From the NCBI GenBank assembly GCA_963730185.1, contig CAVSQW010000009.1:355175-419174 (forward strand): 64,000 bases of DNA, written 5' to 3'. The notes under the pieces are model-generated. The model saw only the letters and a list, made by a program, of their open reading frames with translations. It searched no databases and was not told where the DNA came from. The first letter of the stretch is position 1. Every line of letters begins with the position of its first letter. Below, in pieces: positions 1-10,342 of the stretch. A program made the position numbers and the translations under genes. Source of the stretch: an uncultured Gemmatimonadales bacterium (lineage in GTDB: Bacteria; Gemmatimonadota; Gemmatimonadetes; Gemmatimonadales; GWC2-71-9).

Positions 1-1827
1 CTGTCGGTGCCCTACCGCGAAGGTGGGTACTGGTACTACACCCGGACCGAGGAGGGCAAGCAGTATCCGATCTACTGTCGGAAGCCGGAGTCGCTGGAGC
101 GCGAGGAGCAGGTCCTAGTCGATCTGAATCAGCTCGCCGAAGGTCTCCCCTTCATGGCGCTGGGCGCGTACGAGGTGAGCCCGAACGGCCGCTACCTGGC
201 CTACTCCACCGACGCGACCGGCTTCCGCGACTACCAGCTGGTGGTCAAGGATCTCGAGACGGGCGCCGAGGTGCTGGGCCCGATCGGACGAGCCGGCTCG
301 GTCGCCTGGGCGCTCGACGACACGACCTTTTTCTACACCGTGGAGGACGACGCCAAGCGCGACTACCGGGTCTACCGCCAGCGGCGCGACGGTGCCCCCC
401 GGGAGCTGGTCTACGAAGAGCCGGACGAGCGGTTCCGCACCTTCGTCCACGCCACCCGGAGTCTCCGCTACCTCCTGCTTCACGTGGTGAGCCACACCAC
501 CTCCGAGGTTCGCTATCTGGCCGCCGACCGGCCCGAGGGCGACTGGCGGTTGATCGCGCCCCGGGTCGCCGACCGCGAGTACGATCTCGACCACCTCGGC
601 GACCGGTTCTTCATCAGGATCAACGACACCGGGCCCAACTTCCGGGTGGTGACCTCGCCGGTCGACGACCCCCGGCCGGAGCGTTGGCAGGAGGTGCTGC
701 CCCATCGCGACGGGGTGGTGCTCGAGGACGTGGAGTGCTTCCGGGGCCATTGGGTCAGCTGGGAGCGCCGCAACGGCCTGCCGGCCGTCCGGGTCACGGA
801 CGCGGCGACCTGGGCCGCCCACGATCTGGAGTTTCCGGAGGCGGTGTACGACGTCCGCTCGGGCGCCAACGCGGAATACGACACCACCAAGCTCCGCTAC
901 GTCTACGACTCGTTCGTGACCCCGACCTCCGTGTTCGAGGTGGACATGGCGACCGGCGCGCGCGAGCTCCTCAAGCGGCGGGAGGTGCTGGGCGGGTACG
1001 ACCCCGAGCACTACACCAGCGAGCGGCTGCACGCCACCGCGGCCGACGGCACCAGCATCCCCGTCTCCCTGGTCCGTCGGAAGGACCTCGACCCCTCCCG
1101 CCCGGGTCCGGTGCACCTGACGGGTTATGGAGCCTACGCCATTCCCTATCCGGTGTCGTTCGACTCGAATCGGGTGTCTCTGCTCGACCGAGGAGTCACC
1201 GTGGCGATCGCCCATATCCGGGGTGGGGGCGAAATGGGGCGGCGCTGGCACGACCAGGGCCGCCTGGCGCACAAGATGAACACCTTCACCGATTTCATCG
1301 CGGCGGTCGATCACCTGGTCGAGCGCGGGCGCACCCGGACCGACCTGCTGACGATGGAGGGCGGCAGCGCCGGCGGGCTCCTGATGGGGGCGGTCCTCAA
1401 CCTCCGTCCCGGGTGCTGCCAGGCGGCGGTGCTCCAGGTGCCGTTCGTCGACGTGGTCAATACCATGCTGGACGCCAGCCTGCCGCTCACGGTCGGCGAG
1501 TACGAGGAGTGGGGCAACCCGGCGGTGCTCGAGCAGTACCAGTGGATCCGGGCCTACTGTCCCTATACCAACCTCGAGAGCCGCGACTATCCGGCCATGC
1601 TGGTGCGCACCTCGATCAACGACAGCCAGGTGATGTACTGGGAGCCGGCCAAGTACGTGGCCCGGCTCCGCCGGCTCCGAACCGACCGTCACCCCTTCTT
1701 GTTGCTGACCAATCTCGGCGCCGGGCACGGCGGCGCGTCCGGTCGCTACGACCGGCTTCGGGAGATCGCGACGGAGTACGGGTTCGTTCTCTGGCAGCTG
1801 GGCCTCGAGGCGCCGATCGGGCCTTGA
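1..1827 (+). CDS. ptrB: Oligopeptidase B / prolyl oligopeptidase family S9A peptidase (5' truncated by window edge)
   Basis: The frame is open from base 1. A beta-propeller region is followed by a catalytic domain with GGSAGG (Ser), DSQV (Asp) and GHGG (His), plus the YEEWGNP and YWEPAKYVA motifs typical of PtrB. Confidence 0.9.
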   Translation: MSVPYREGGYWYYTRTEEGKQYPIYCRKPESLEREEQVLVDLNQLAEGLPFMALGAYEVSPNGRYLAYSTDATGFRDYQLVVKDLETGAEVLGPIGRAGSVAWALDDTTFFYTVEDDAKRDYRVYRQRRDGAPRELVYEEPDERFRTFVHATRSLRYLLLHVVSHTTSEVRYLAADRPEGDWRLIAPRVADREYDLDHLGDRFFIRINDTGPNFRVVTSPVDDPRPERWQEVLPHRDGVVLEDVECFRGHWVSWERRNGLPAVRVTDAATWAAHDLEFPEAVYDVRSGANAEYDTTKLRYVYDSFVTPTSVFEVDMATGARELLKRREVLGGYDPEHYTSERLHATAADGTSIPVSLVRRKDLDPSRPGPVHLTGYGAYAIPYPVSFDSNRVSLLDRGVTVAIAHIRGGGEMGRRWHDQGRLAHKMNTFTDFIAAVDHLVERGRTRTDLLTMEGGSAGGLLMGAVLNLRPGCCQAAVLQVPFVDVVNTMLDASLPLTVGEYEEWGNPAVLEQYQWIRAYCPYTNLESRDYPAMLVRTSINDSQVMYWEPAKYVARLRRLRTDRHPFLLLTNLGAGHGGASGRYDRLREIATEYGFVLWQLGLEAPIGP

Positions 1828-1897
1828 CGACCCCAGCCGCGGGCCGGACATTGGCGGAACCTCGCCCCTGAGCTCGCTCCCGCTTTCCGGAGCCCCG

Positions 1898-2830
1898 ATG
1901 ATCTCCACCCAGACCGTTCTGCTCGCGGCGCTCGCCGTGTCGGGCGCCGTCTATCTCCTCCTCTGGTACCGTCTCAGCCGCGACCCGACCCGGGCGGCGC
2001 TCCGGCCGGCCGACGACCATGGTCCGCCGACCGGTCACAGCCTCTGGATCGGCGCGGTCACCAACTTCTTCGATACGCTGGGCATCGGGTCCTTCGCGCC
2101 CACCACGTCGTTCTTCCGGATCTTCCGGGTAGTGCCCGACGAGCGGATCCCCGGCACGATGAACGTCGGGCACACGCCACCCACGATGCTGGAGGCCTTT
2201 CTCTTCATCGCCGGGGTGATGGTCGAGCCGATGACGCTGGCGGTGCTGATCGCGGCGTCGGTGGTCGGCGCGTGGCTGGGGGCCGGCGTGGTGGCCAGTT
2301 GGCCCAGGCGGAACATCCAGATCGGCATGGGGGTCGCCCTGATCATCGCGGCCTTCATCTTCGCCGCCAGGAACCTTGGGCTCTACGGCGCCATGGGCGA
2401 CGACGTCAGCGGAGCGATCGGCCTGACCGGGGGAACGCTGCTGGTGGCCGCGCTCGGAAACTTCGTCCTGGGCGCCCTGATGACCCTGGGCATCGGGATG
2501 TATGCCCCGCTCCTGATCCTCCTCACCTTCCTCGGGATGAACCCTCGGTCGGTGTTCCCGATCATGATGGGGTCGGCCGCGTTCCTGATGGTGGTGGCCG
2601 GGATCCGATTCCTCCGGGCCGGCGCTTACCGCCAGCGTCCGGCGCTCGGTCTCACGATCGCGGGGCTGCCCGCCGTCTGGATCGCCGCGCGGATCGTGAA
2701 GGAGATGGACCTGGTGAAGCTTCGCTGGCTGGTGGCGGCGGTAGTGCTCTATACCGCGGTGACCATGCTCCGCGCGGCCTGGCGCGAGCGCCGGGACCCG
2801 GCGGCGGGGGCTAGCCCGGAGGCCTCCTAG
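1898..2830 (+). CDS. TSUP / TauE-SafE family membrane permease
   Basis: 310 aa with many TM segments and the family-typical NFFDTLGIGSFAPT and FPIMMGSAAFLM motifs. Confidence 0.8.
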   Translation: MISTQTVLLAALAVSGAVYLLLWYRLSRDPTRAALRPADDHGPPTGHSLWIGAVTNFFDTLGIGSFAPTTSFFRIFRVVPDERIPGTMNVGHTPPTMLEAFLFIAGVMVEPMTLAVLIAASVVGAWLGAGVVASWPRRNIQIGMGVALIIAAFIFAARNLGLYGAMGDDVSGAIGLTGGTLLVAALGNFVLGALMTLGIGMYAPLLILLTFLGMNPRSVFPIMMGSAAFLMVVAGIRFLRAGAYRQRPALGLTIAGLPAVWIAARIVKEMDLVKLRWLVAAVVLYTAVTMLRAAWRERRDPAAGASPEAS

Positions 2831-2862
2831 CCTCTTAGCCTCCAGAGAGAGAGGAGGCATCC

Positions 2863-4248
2863 ATGTCCGTCGCGCCGTCGTTGGGGATTCCCGAGCTGGC
2901 CGGCCTGGGCACCTATCAGGAGGCTGCCCGGGTCGGCTTTTCAGTCGACGAGAACGTCACCCGGCTGCTGCGCTACCAGTGGGCCGAGCGGCGACTCATG
3001 GCGATCATGGCGGCGCACCTGCCCGCCACGCCGATCTGGGAGGTGAAGGGGGCCCTGGGCCTCCACCTCTGGCAGGCGGCCGAGCACGTGGAGGCGCTCC
3101 GGCAGCGGGTGGGCGAGATGCGGCATCCGGTCCCGTCGCTGGACACCCCGCCGGATCCCGATCTCGACCGCTTCTTCGAGGAGCTGATTCGGAGCCGCGA
3201 CGTGGTGGAGCTGGTGGCCGGGATCTACCGGGTTACCCTTCCCGCGCTGATCGCCGCCTACCGTCATCATCTGGCCACGACCAACGTCCTGGTGGACCAC
3301 CCGACCCGGCGCCCGCTCCGGTTCGCCCTGCTGGAGCTCGAGGAGGCGGCCCGGTGGGGCGATCAGGCCCTGGCGGCCCTCTTGGCTCGCGACCCCTCCG
3401 CCGCGGCCGCCGCCGATTGTTGGGCCGACCACCTCGGCGCCTACCTGGCGGCCGCCCAAGGCATCGCGGGCGACGCGGAGGTCGTCCCGCCCACCTCCCT
3501 GCCACCCGCTCGAAGTGTCGAGCCGTTCCAGGCCGACCTGGAGCCGCGCCGGGACGGGCGCTTCCGAGGTACCTACAACTTCGTCTTTCCGCCCCAGGAC
3601 CTCTATCCCGAGAAGGGCCTGCCCGCCGACGAGCGGAACCTCGCCCTGCTGGCCAAGCGCACCCTCGAGATGGACGTGCCCGAGCTGATGGCGTCGGTCA
3701 TGGTGGAGCGGACCGACCTGCCCTGGGAATTCCACCGCGAGTACGCCCGCCAGCTCTGGGACGAGGTCCGGCACGCGATGATGGGCTCGGTCGCGTTCGA
3801 GGCCAAGGGCGTCGACTGGACCGAGATCCCGCTCAACGTGGGCTTCTCGCTCCGGCTCAACCTCCACGCCACCGCCCTCGAGCGCCAGACGATGCTGTTC
3901 GGGATCGAGCAATCGCTCATGCCCGCCGAGACAGGCAAGCGCTACGAGTACGAGATCGCGCTGGACGCGGGCGACCCGCTCTCCGCTCACTTCCAGGACT
4001 ACGACTGGGCCGACGAGGTGCTGCATGCCCAGATCGGCCGGCGGTGGCTCAAGCGCGAAGGGATCGGTACCGACGAGGCGATCCGCCGGGCCGCCGGGAT
4101 CCACGAGCGGACCTGGAGCGCGCTCGACGCCTATCGCGACCGGGCGTCGCAGGTCGACTGGTGGGACGCCTTCGTGCGCCGGGTGCTGGGGCACGGCTCG
4201 GCGTATCGGCCGGTGGGCACGGCCGCGCCGCGCGTCCTGTCGGAGTAG
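2863..4248 (+). CDS. Two-domain ferritin-like (DUF455-like) putative diiron protein
   Basis: The C-terminal half has an E...DEVRH...E...DEVLH carboxylate-diiron pattern. The N-terminal half is a degenerate helical repeat (HLWQAAEH). Strong RBS gaggagg upstream. Confidence 0.65.
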   Translation: MSVAPSLGIPELAGLGTYQEAARVGFSVDENVTRLLRYQWAERRLMAIMAAHLPATPIWEVKGALGLHLWQAAEHVEALRQRVGEMRHPVPSLDTPPDPDLDRFFEELIRSRDVVELVAGIYRVTLPALIAAYRHHLATTNVLVDHPTRRPLRFALLELEEAARWGDQALAALLARDPSAAAAADCWADHLGAYLAAAQGIAGDAEVVPPTSLPPARSVEPFQADLEPRRDGRFRGTYNFVFPPQDLYPEKGLPADERNLALLAKRTLEMDVPELMASVMVERTDLPWEFHREYARQLWDEVRHAMMGSVAFEAKGVDWTEIPLNVGFSLRLNLHATALERQTMLFGIEQSLMPAETGKRYEYEIALDAGDPLSAHFQDYDWADEVLHAQIGRRWLKREGIGTDEAIRRAAGIHERTWSALDAYRDRASQVDWWDAFVRRVLGHGSAYRPVGTAAPRVLSE

Positions 4249-4257
4249 GGCGGGGTC

Positions 4258-6600
4258 ATGGCGCCGGCCGTCTTCCACCTGATCCCGCACACCCACTGGG
4301 ATCGGGAATGGTATCTCGCTCGATCGGCCTTTGCCGTTCGCCTGGCTTGGATGTTCGACGAGCTCCTGCCGATGCTGGAGGCGCACCCGGCCCTCCGCTT
4401 CACGCTCGACGGTCAGACCGTGCTGGTCGAAGACTATCTGGCCCAGCGTCCGGCGGCGCGCGACCGGATCGTCCGGCTGGTGGCGGCCGGGCGGCTGGCC
4501 GTCGGACCCTGGTACGTCCTGGCCGACGAGATCATCCCGTCGCCGCCCGCGCTCCACCGGAATCTGGCCGTCGGCCTGGCGGACGCGACCGCGCTCGGCG
4601 GGGTGATGCGGGTGCTGTACTCACCGGACGCCTTCGGCCATCCGGGATGGCTCCCCGGGCTGGCGCTCGACGCCGGCCTCCGCTGGGGCGTCGTCTGGCG
4701 GGGGCTCGCCGGAGATCCCGCCGGAGGGCCCGACCTCCGCCGCTGGAGCGGGACCGACGGTCGCTCGATCCTGGTTCATCACCTGCCGCCAGCGGGTTAT
4801 GAGGTCGGAGCTCACCTGCCCGGCGCCGGGCCCCGGCTCGCGGAGGCGTGGGCCCCCCTTCGGGACGAGCTGCTGTCCCGATCGCTCACTCGGCACGTCG
4901 CCCTCCCCGTCGGCTCCGATCACCACACCCCGCACCCGGAGCTCCCGCGACTGGCCGAGCGCCTGCAGGGGCTCGAACCAGGCCACCAGATCCGGTTCAG
5001 TCGCTGGGAAGACTATTTCGAGGGGGTCGAATCGGAGGGGCCGGTTCCGCCGGTCGTCCGGGGCGAGCTGCGTTGGTCGTACCGCTACACCTGGTCGCTC
5101 CAGGGCGTGCACGGCAGTCGGGCCCGACTGAAGCGTCGGTACGGGGAGGCGGAACGCTGGCTGGCGGCGGCCGAGACATTGACCGGAGTGGAGGAGCGGT
5201 CGGGCGGCCGACTGGACCGGCAGCTGCTCGAGCCGCTCTCGCGGACCCTGGTTCGGAGTCAGTTCCACGACACCCTGGCGGGGACGGTGAACGACGAGGT
5301 GGGTCGGGAGCAGGCCGTCCGGCTCGACGCCGTGGTGACCGGGTGCCGGGAGGTGGTTCGCGAGCGGCTGCTCGAGCTGGCCGGGCTGGCGGCCGACGAG
5401 CGGCGCGCCGGTGGGACGGCGGCCTCGGTGATCCTCTGGGCGGCTCGGCTCGATGCCTGGATGCCGGACGACGGGCCCGCCGCTTCAGCGCCAGGGGTCG
5501 TCGCCGTGCCGATCGATCGGTTCATCGAAGACGTGCTGGTCGGCCCGCCCGGTGCCCGCCGCCCGCGGCAGGCGTCTTTGGAGCCGGTCTTTTCGCTCCG
5601 AGCGCCAGACGGCGCGCCGGTGCCGTACCAGCTGCTCCGGCGAGAGATCGGGCTTCATCGGGGCGACCGGCGCTACGGCTATCCCGATCTCGACCGGGTC
5701 GAGCGTGCCTGGGTGGCGCTCGAGCTGGCCCCGAGCGCCGTCGACCGGCCGCTGGTGCTTCGGGTGGCCGGCGGCCGACCCCAGCCACCCCGGTGCGGGG
5801 ATCCGGTCCGGGTCGTCCGGCGCTCGCTGGAGAACGGTGCGGTCCGGGTTACCGTCGCGGCCGACGGATCGGTAACCCTGTTCGATCGCGCGACCGGCGA
5901 GCGGTATCCCGGCCTCCTTACCTGCGGGTGCGAGCCGGACGACGGCGACCTCTATACGCCCTGGATCGGACCGGCGGCCCGATCGGCCCGGGCCGACGTC
6001 CTCGGTGCCGAGCGGATCGCGGCGGGGCCGCTGATCGGCGGGTTCGCGATCCATTGGCGGATCGAGGCTCGCCAGGGAGAAGTCCTGGGCCGCACGGCGG
6101 TCGCGCTCCACGCCGGCAGCGGCCTGCTCCGCTGCCGGATCGACGTCGACAATCGCGCTTGGCAGCACCGGCTCCGGCTGGCCTTGCCGGTCGGCGTCGC
6201 CGGTCCGGCCCGGGCCTACGACGGCACCGGGTGGGTGGAGCGGGAGCCTCTACGGTCGGCGGCGGCCGATTTTCCGGCGGAGTGGCCGGCGCCGACGGCG
6301 CCGACGCACGGGGTGGTGTCGGTGGGGCAGGGACGCCGGAGGCTCACCGTGACGAGTCCCGGGTTCTTCGAGTACGAGTGGACCTCGGGCGGGGTGCTGA
6401 TGGTGACCCTGCTCCGCGCGGTCGGGACCCTCTCGCGCGGCGACCTGGCCCCCCGCCCGGGTCACGCCGGGTGGGTCACGCCGACGCCGGAGGCGCAGGA
6501 GGCCGGGCCCCATACCATCGAGCTGATGGTCGGGGTGGGGCCGGAGTTGGAACCCCCACCCCCGACGGTCTTCTCGATCCCCGTCCTCGGAGCGCCCTGA
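4258..6600 (+). CDS. Glycoside hydrolase family 38 (alpha-mannosidase / MngB-like)
   Basis: HTHWDREWY, DGQTV, GPWY, PDAFGH and QFHDTL motifs, with C-terminal TLLRAVG. Confidence 0.85.
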   Translation: MAPAVFHLIPHTHWDREWYLARSAFAVRLAWMFDELLPMLEAHPALRFTLDGQTVLVEDYLAQRPAARDRIVRLVAAGRLAVGPWYVLADEIIPSPPALHRNLAVGLADATALGGVMRVLYSPDAFGHPGWLPGLALDAGLRWGVVWRGLAGDPAGGPDLRRWSGTDGRSILVHHLPPAGYEVGAHLPGAGPRLAEAWAPLRDELLSRSLTRHVALPVGSDHHTPHPELPRLAERLQGLEPGHQIRFSRWEDYFEGVESEGPVPPVVRGELRWSYRYTWSLQGVHGSRARLKRRYGEAERWLAAAETLTGVEERSGGRLDRQLLEPLSRTLVRSQFHDTLAGTVNDEVGREQAVRLDAVVTGCREVVRERLLELAGLAADERRAGGTAASVILWAARLDAWMPDDGPAASAPGVVAVPIDRFIEDVLVGPPGARRPRQASLEPVFSLRAPDGAPVPYQLLRREIGLHRGDRRYGYPDLDRVERAWVALELAPSAVDRPLVLRVAGGRPQPPRCGDPVRVVRRSLENGAVRVTVAADGSVTLFDRATGERYPGLLTCGCEPDDGDLYTPWIGPAARSARADVLGAERIAAGPLIGGFAIHWRIEARQGEVLGRTAVALHAGSGLLRCRIDVDNRAWQHRLRLALPVGVAGPARAYDGTGWVEREPLRSAAADFPAEWPAPTAPTHGVVSVGQGRRRLTVTSPGFFEYEWTSGGVLMVTLLRAVGTLSRGDLAPRPGHAGWVTPTPEAQEAGPHTIELMVGVGPELEPPPPTVFSIPVLGAP

Positions 6601-6609
6601 CCCGGTCGC

Positions 6610-7791
6610 TCAGCCGAGGGCCTGCTCCAGGTCCTGGAGCAGGTCCTCGGTGGCCTCGATCCCCACCGAGTAACGCAGCAGGCCTTCCGGAATACCCATC
6701 GCCGCCCGCTGCTCGGGTGTGCACTCGCAGTGGCTGGTCGTGGCGGGCGGACCGATGAAGGTCTGGACCCCGCCGAGGCTCGGGGCGCAGTGGGCCAGCT
6801 TGAGCCGCGGGAGGATCCGGCGCACCGCATCGAGGTCGTCCTCGAGCGCGAAGCTCAGCACCCCGCCGAAGCCCCGCATCTGCCGGGTCGCGATCTCGTG
6901 ACCGGGGTGGGACGGAAGGCCGGGATAGTACACTGCGGTCACCCGGGGATGGCGGGACAGGAAGTTGGCGATCGTGAGGGCGCTCGCGTTCTGCCGCTCC
7001 ACCCGCAAGGCCAGCGTCTTGAGCCCCCGGATGAGGAGGTAGGCCGCGCCGGCGGAGAGCGCGGCCCCGGTCACCTCGCGATAGCGGAAGACCCGCTCCA
7101 CCAGCGCCGGTGTGCCGCACAGCACGCCGCCCAGGGCGTCCTCATGGCCGCCGAGGAACTTGGTGGCGCTGTGCACGACGAGGTCGGCGCCCAGCTCCAG
7201 GGGACTGGTGTTGATCGGGGTCGCGAACGTGTTGTCGACCACCACCACCGCGCCGACCGCGTGGCCCGCGCGGGCCAGCCGCTCGATGTCGACCACCTTG
7301 AGAGTGGGGTTGGTCGGCGTCTCCAGGTAGAGCACCTGGCAACCCTTGGCGATCTCCGCCTCGAGCCGCTCGTGGTCGATCGTGTCCGTGAGCGCGACGT
7401 CGACCTTCTGGCGAGGCAGGAACTCCGAGAACATCCGGTTGGTTCCGCCGTAGGTGTCCTTGATCGACACGACCCGGTCGCCGGGAGCGAGCAGGCTGAG
7501 CAAGGTGTTGCTGACCGCGGCCATACCGGTGGCGAAGGCCGTCGCCGCGCCGGCCCGTTCCAGGATCCGCATCTTCTCTTCGAAGACGGCCACCGTCGGG
7601 TTGGTGTTCCTGCTGTAGTTGTGGCCCGGCTTCTCCCCTCGCACCACCGCCAGCCACTCGTCCAGGTCCGGATAGCCGAACGACGCGCTGTGGGTGACCG
7701 GGACCTGGGTGGCATTGCCCCAGAGCTCGCGGCGAGATTCGCCGGCCCAGACCGCCTGGGTTGCCAGCGCGGCCGATTCGACGTCCGTCAT
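6610..7791 (-). CDS. Cys/Met metabolism PLP-dependent enzyme (cystathionine gamma-synthase/lyase family)
   Basis: YSRNTNPT, ETPTNPTL, DNTFATP, HSATKFLGGH (PLP Lys) and RYSVGIE motifs. Confidence 0.9.
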   Translation of the reverse strand: MTDVESAALATQAVWAGESRRELWGNATQVPVTHSASFGYPDLDEWLAVVRGEKPGHNYSRNTNPTVAVFEEKMRILERAGAATAFATGMAAVSNTLLSLLAPGDRVVSIKDTYGGTNRMFSEFLPRQKVDVALTDTIDHERLEAEIAKGCQVLYLETPTNPTLKVVDIERLARAGHAVGAVVVVDNTFATPINTSPLELGADLVVHSATKFLGGHEDALGGVLCGTPALVERVFRYREVTGAALSAGAAYLLIRGLKTLALRVERQNASALTIANFLSRHPRVTAVYYPGLPSHPGHEIATRQMRGFGGVLSFALEDDLDAVRRILPRLKLAHCAPSLGGVQTFIGPPATTSHCECTPEQRAAMGIPEGLLRYSVGIEATEDLLQDLEQALG

Positions 7792-7847
7792 GTTGCCACC
7801 ATCCCCGATGTGAGTGCCGGATCGGGGAATGATAGCGGGCGATCGGC

Positions 7848-10250
7848 CTACTCGCTTCGGATCACCTCCAACGGGTCGGTTTCGGCGGCCCGTCGCGCCG
7901 GTCCATAGCAGGCGGCCAGGGCGACCGCTCCGAGAAAGGTCGCCCCGGTCGCGAAGGTGGCGGGATCGGTCGTACCGACCCCGAACACCAGAGCCCGGAG
8001 CGTCCGACTCAGCAGGAGCCCACCGGCCACCCCGAGCCCGATCCCTAGACCGGCGAGCGCCCCGCCTTCACCCACCACGGCGCCCAGCACCCGCGCTCGC
8101 CCGGCCCCGAGCGCCACCCGAATCCCGAGCTCCCGACGACGCTGACGGACCCGATAGAGCATCGAGGCGTAGATGCCGCCGGCGGCAAGGGCCAGCGCCA
8201 CCGCCGCGAAGACCATCAGGAGCACGGTGTAGAAGCGCGGTGTCGCCGTGCTGGTCACGATCCGGTCGGTGAGCGGAAAGACGTCGCCCACGGGCAGATC
8301 TGGCTCCAGGTCCCAGACGCTCTGGCGGAGCCCCGGAAGGATCGCCGCCGGCCGCCCGGCGGTGCGGACGATCAGCGACAGGAACGGCATCCGAGCGCCC
8401 TGGCTCGCGTAGGGGACGTAGATCGCCGACTCGTCCCGGCTGTCGAGGCCGAAGTGATGGAGCCCGGACACGATGCCGACGATCTGGTACTCCGTGTTGC
8501 GACTCGAGAAGGTCCGCCCGAGAGCGGGTACCCCGGCGAAGGTCTCGCGCGCGAACCCGGCCGACACGACCGCCGGCACGGGCTGGATGGTGGCGTCGGC
8601 GGCGGTGAGGTCGCGGCCCTCGAGCCGGGCCCCAATGGTGCCGAAGTAGTTCCCGGCGACCGGGTGGAGGTAGGCCAGGACTTTCTTCTCTTCACCGCCG
8701 TCGGTCCGCCAGCGATCGCTGGCCCAGCAGCATCGGCTGCCGCCGTAGAACTGGAGCGGATACCCGACGGCGATGGTCGCCGACTCGACCCCGGGCGTTC
8801 CCCGCGCCCGCTCGAGGAGTTTGGCGGCGAATGCCGCCCGGGCCGCGGGGTCGTATCGCGATTCGCCCAGGGTCAGGGGTACCACGCCGAGGCGATCCGG
8901 CTGGAATCCTGGGTCGACCGATCGGAGCCGGACGAAGCTGTTGAAGAGCAGTCCGGCTCCCGCCAGCAGCACCATGGCGATGGCGACCTCGGCCACCACC
9001 AAGGCTCGGCGAAGCCTGCCCCGCTCGCGCCCGCCGGTCCCGCCGCCGGACCCGTCCTTCAGAACCTCGCCGACGTCCACTCGGGCTGCCTGCCACGCGG
9101 GCGCCATCCCGAAGAGGATGCCCGCGGCGACCGACACGGCCAGCGCAAAGACCAGGACGCGGGGGTTCACGGCGACTCGCTCGATCATCGGGACGTCGCC
9201 CGGGTTGAGGGCCCGGAAGGCGCCGACGCCGAGGAACGCGAGACCGACGCCGAGAACGCCGCCGGCCAGGGCGATCAGAGTGCTCTCGGTCAGCACCGAT
9301 CCGAGCAGCGCCCTGCCGTCGGCACCCAGAGCACTCCGGACCGCCATCTCGCGGACCCGCTCGGTCCCGCGGGCCAGGAAGAGGTTGGCGACGTTCGCCA
9401 CGGCGATCAGGAGCAAGAGCCCCACGGCGCCGAGCAGCATGTACAGGGTTCCGTCGACCTCGCTCACCATGGCCTGGTGGATGGGCTCGATTGCCATGGC
9501 CACCGGCCGACCGTTCTCCTCCCGGTACTGGTCCGGCCGTTCCCGGGCCAGCGACGCGGCCAACACCGTGAGCTCGGCGTTCGCTTCGGGTCGGGAAACG
9601 CCGCCCCGAAGCCGGGCCGCCACCCGGAGAATGTGCCAGTCGGCGCCCTGGAACTCCGGGGTCGCGAGGTCGAAGGGCAGCAGAACCTCGGTGTCCCGTC
9701 GCATCATGGCTTCCGGCAGCTCGAAGCTCCGGTCCAGGATCCCTACCACGACGGTCGGCTGGCCGTTCAGGGTGATGGCCCGTCCGATCACGGTCGGGTC
9801 GCCGCCGAACCGGCGCTGCCAGAGGCCCCAGGTCAACACGGCCGCTTGCGGTGGGCCAACGAACTCGCCCGGCACGAACAGCCGCCCGAGTGCCGCCCGG
9901 GCGCCGAAGAGAGAGAAGAAGGCGGAGTCCACGAGCGCACCGCGCAATTGGGTCGGAGCGCCCGACCCCGTCAGGTCGAGGTCTCGCCGGCCGAACACCG
10001 CCGACATCGCCGCGTACGACGTGGTCCGGCTCTGCCACGCCCGGAAGGTCGGAATCGAATGCGAAGGGTTAGTGAAGACCACCAGGCGGTCGGCGTTTGG
10101 ATACGCCAAAGGCCGGAAGACCACGCCGTCGACGACCGAGAAGATCGTGGTCGTGGCGCCGATTCCAAGGGCGATGAGAAGGAGCGCCGTGAGGGCGAAG
10201 CCAGGTCGCCGGGCGTGGCTCCGGAGGGCGAGGCGGACGTTCTCGAGCAT
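7848..10250 (-). CDS. MacB/FtsX-type duplicated ABC permease (ADOP-like)
   Basis: The likely start is ATG 10250 (MLENVRLALRS...PGF..TALL..ALGIGATTTIFSVVDGV). Two FtsX domains (REMAVRSALGA, RRELGIRVALGA); ends DPLEVIRSE. Confidence 0.9.
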   Translation of the reverse strand: MLENVRLALRSHARRPGFALTALLLIALGIGATTTIFSVVDGVVFRPLAYPNADRLVVFTNPSHSIPTFRAWQSRTTSYAAMSAVFGRRDLDLTGSGAPTQLRGALVDSAFFSLFGARAALGRLFVPGEFVGPPQAAVLTWGLWQRRFGGDPTVIGRAITLNGQPTVVVGILDRSFELPEAMMRRDTEVLLPFDLATPEFQGADWHILRVAARLRGGVSRPEANAELTVLAASLARERPDQYREENGRPVAMAIEPIHQAMVSEVDGTLYMLLGAVGLLLLIAVANVANLFLARGTERVREMAVRSALGADGRALLGSVLTESTLIALAGGVLGVGLAFLGVGAFRALNPGDVPMIERVAVNPRVLVFALAVSVAAGILFGMAPAWQAARVDVGEVLKDGSGGGTGGRERGRLRRALVVAEVAIAMVLLAGAGLLFNSFVRLRSVDPGFQPDRLGVVPLTLGESRYDPAARAAFAAKLLERARGTPGVESATIAVGYPLQFYGGSRCCWASDRWRTDGGEEKKVLAYLHPVAGNYFGTIGARLEGRDLTAADATIQPVPAVVSAGFARETFAGVPALGRTFSSRNTEYQIVGIVSGLHHFGLDSRDESAIYVPYASQGARMPFLSLIVRTAGRPAAILPGLRQSVWDLEPDLPVGDVFPLTDRIVTSTATPRFYTVLLMVFAAVALALAAGGIYASMLYRVRQRRRELGIRVALGAGRARVLGAVVGEGGALAGLGIGLGVAGGLLLSRTLRALVFGVGTTDPATFATGATFLGAVALAACYGPARRAAETDPLEVIRSE

Positions 10251-10342
10251 GAGGCGGGTCCGGGAGTGGATGTCGTCGGTTGGACAGTGGGCGGGCGGCT
10301 TCGGTTGCCTCGCCGGAACCAGCTCGAGGAGGGCGATGGGGT

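Noticed and set aside
7802..7828. Hairpin tccccgat...atcgggga upstream of the Cys/Met enzyme, considered as a SAM riboswitch
   Set aside because: The intergenic space is only about 56 nt and no SAM-riboswitch consensus is visible. At most it is a simple terminator or stability hairpin.
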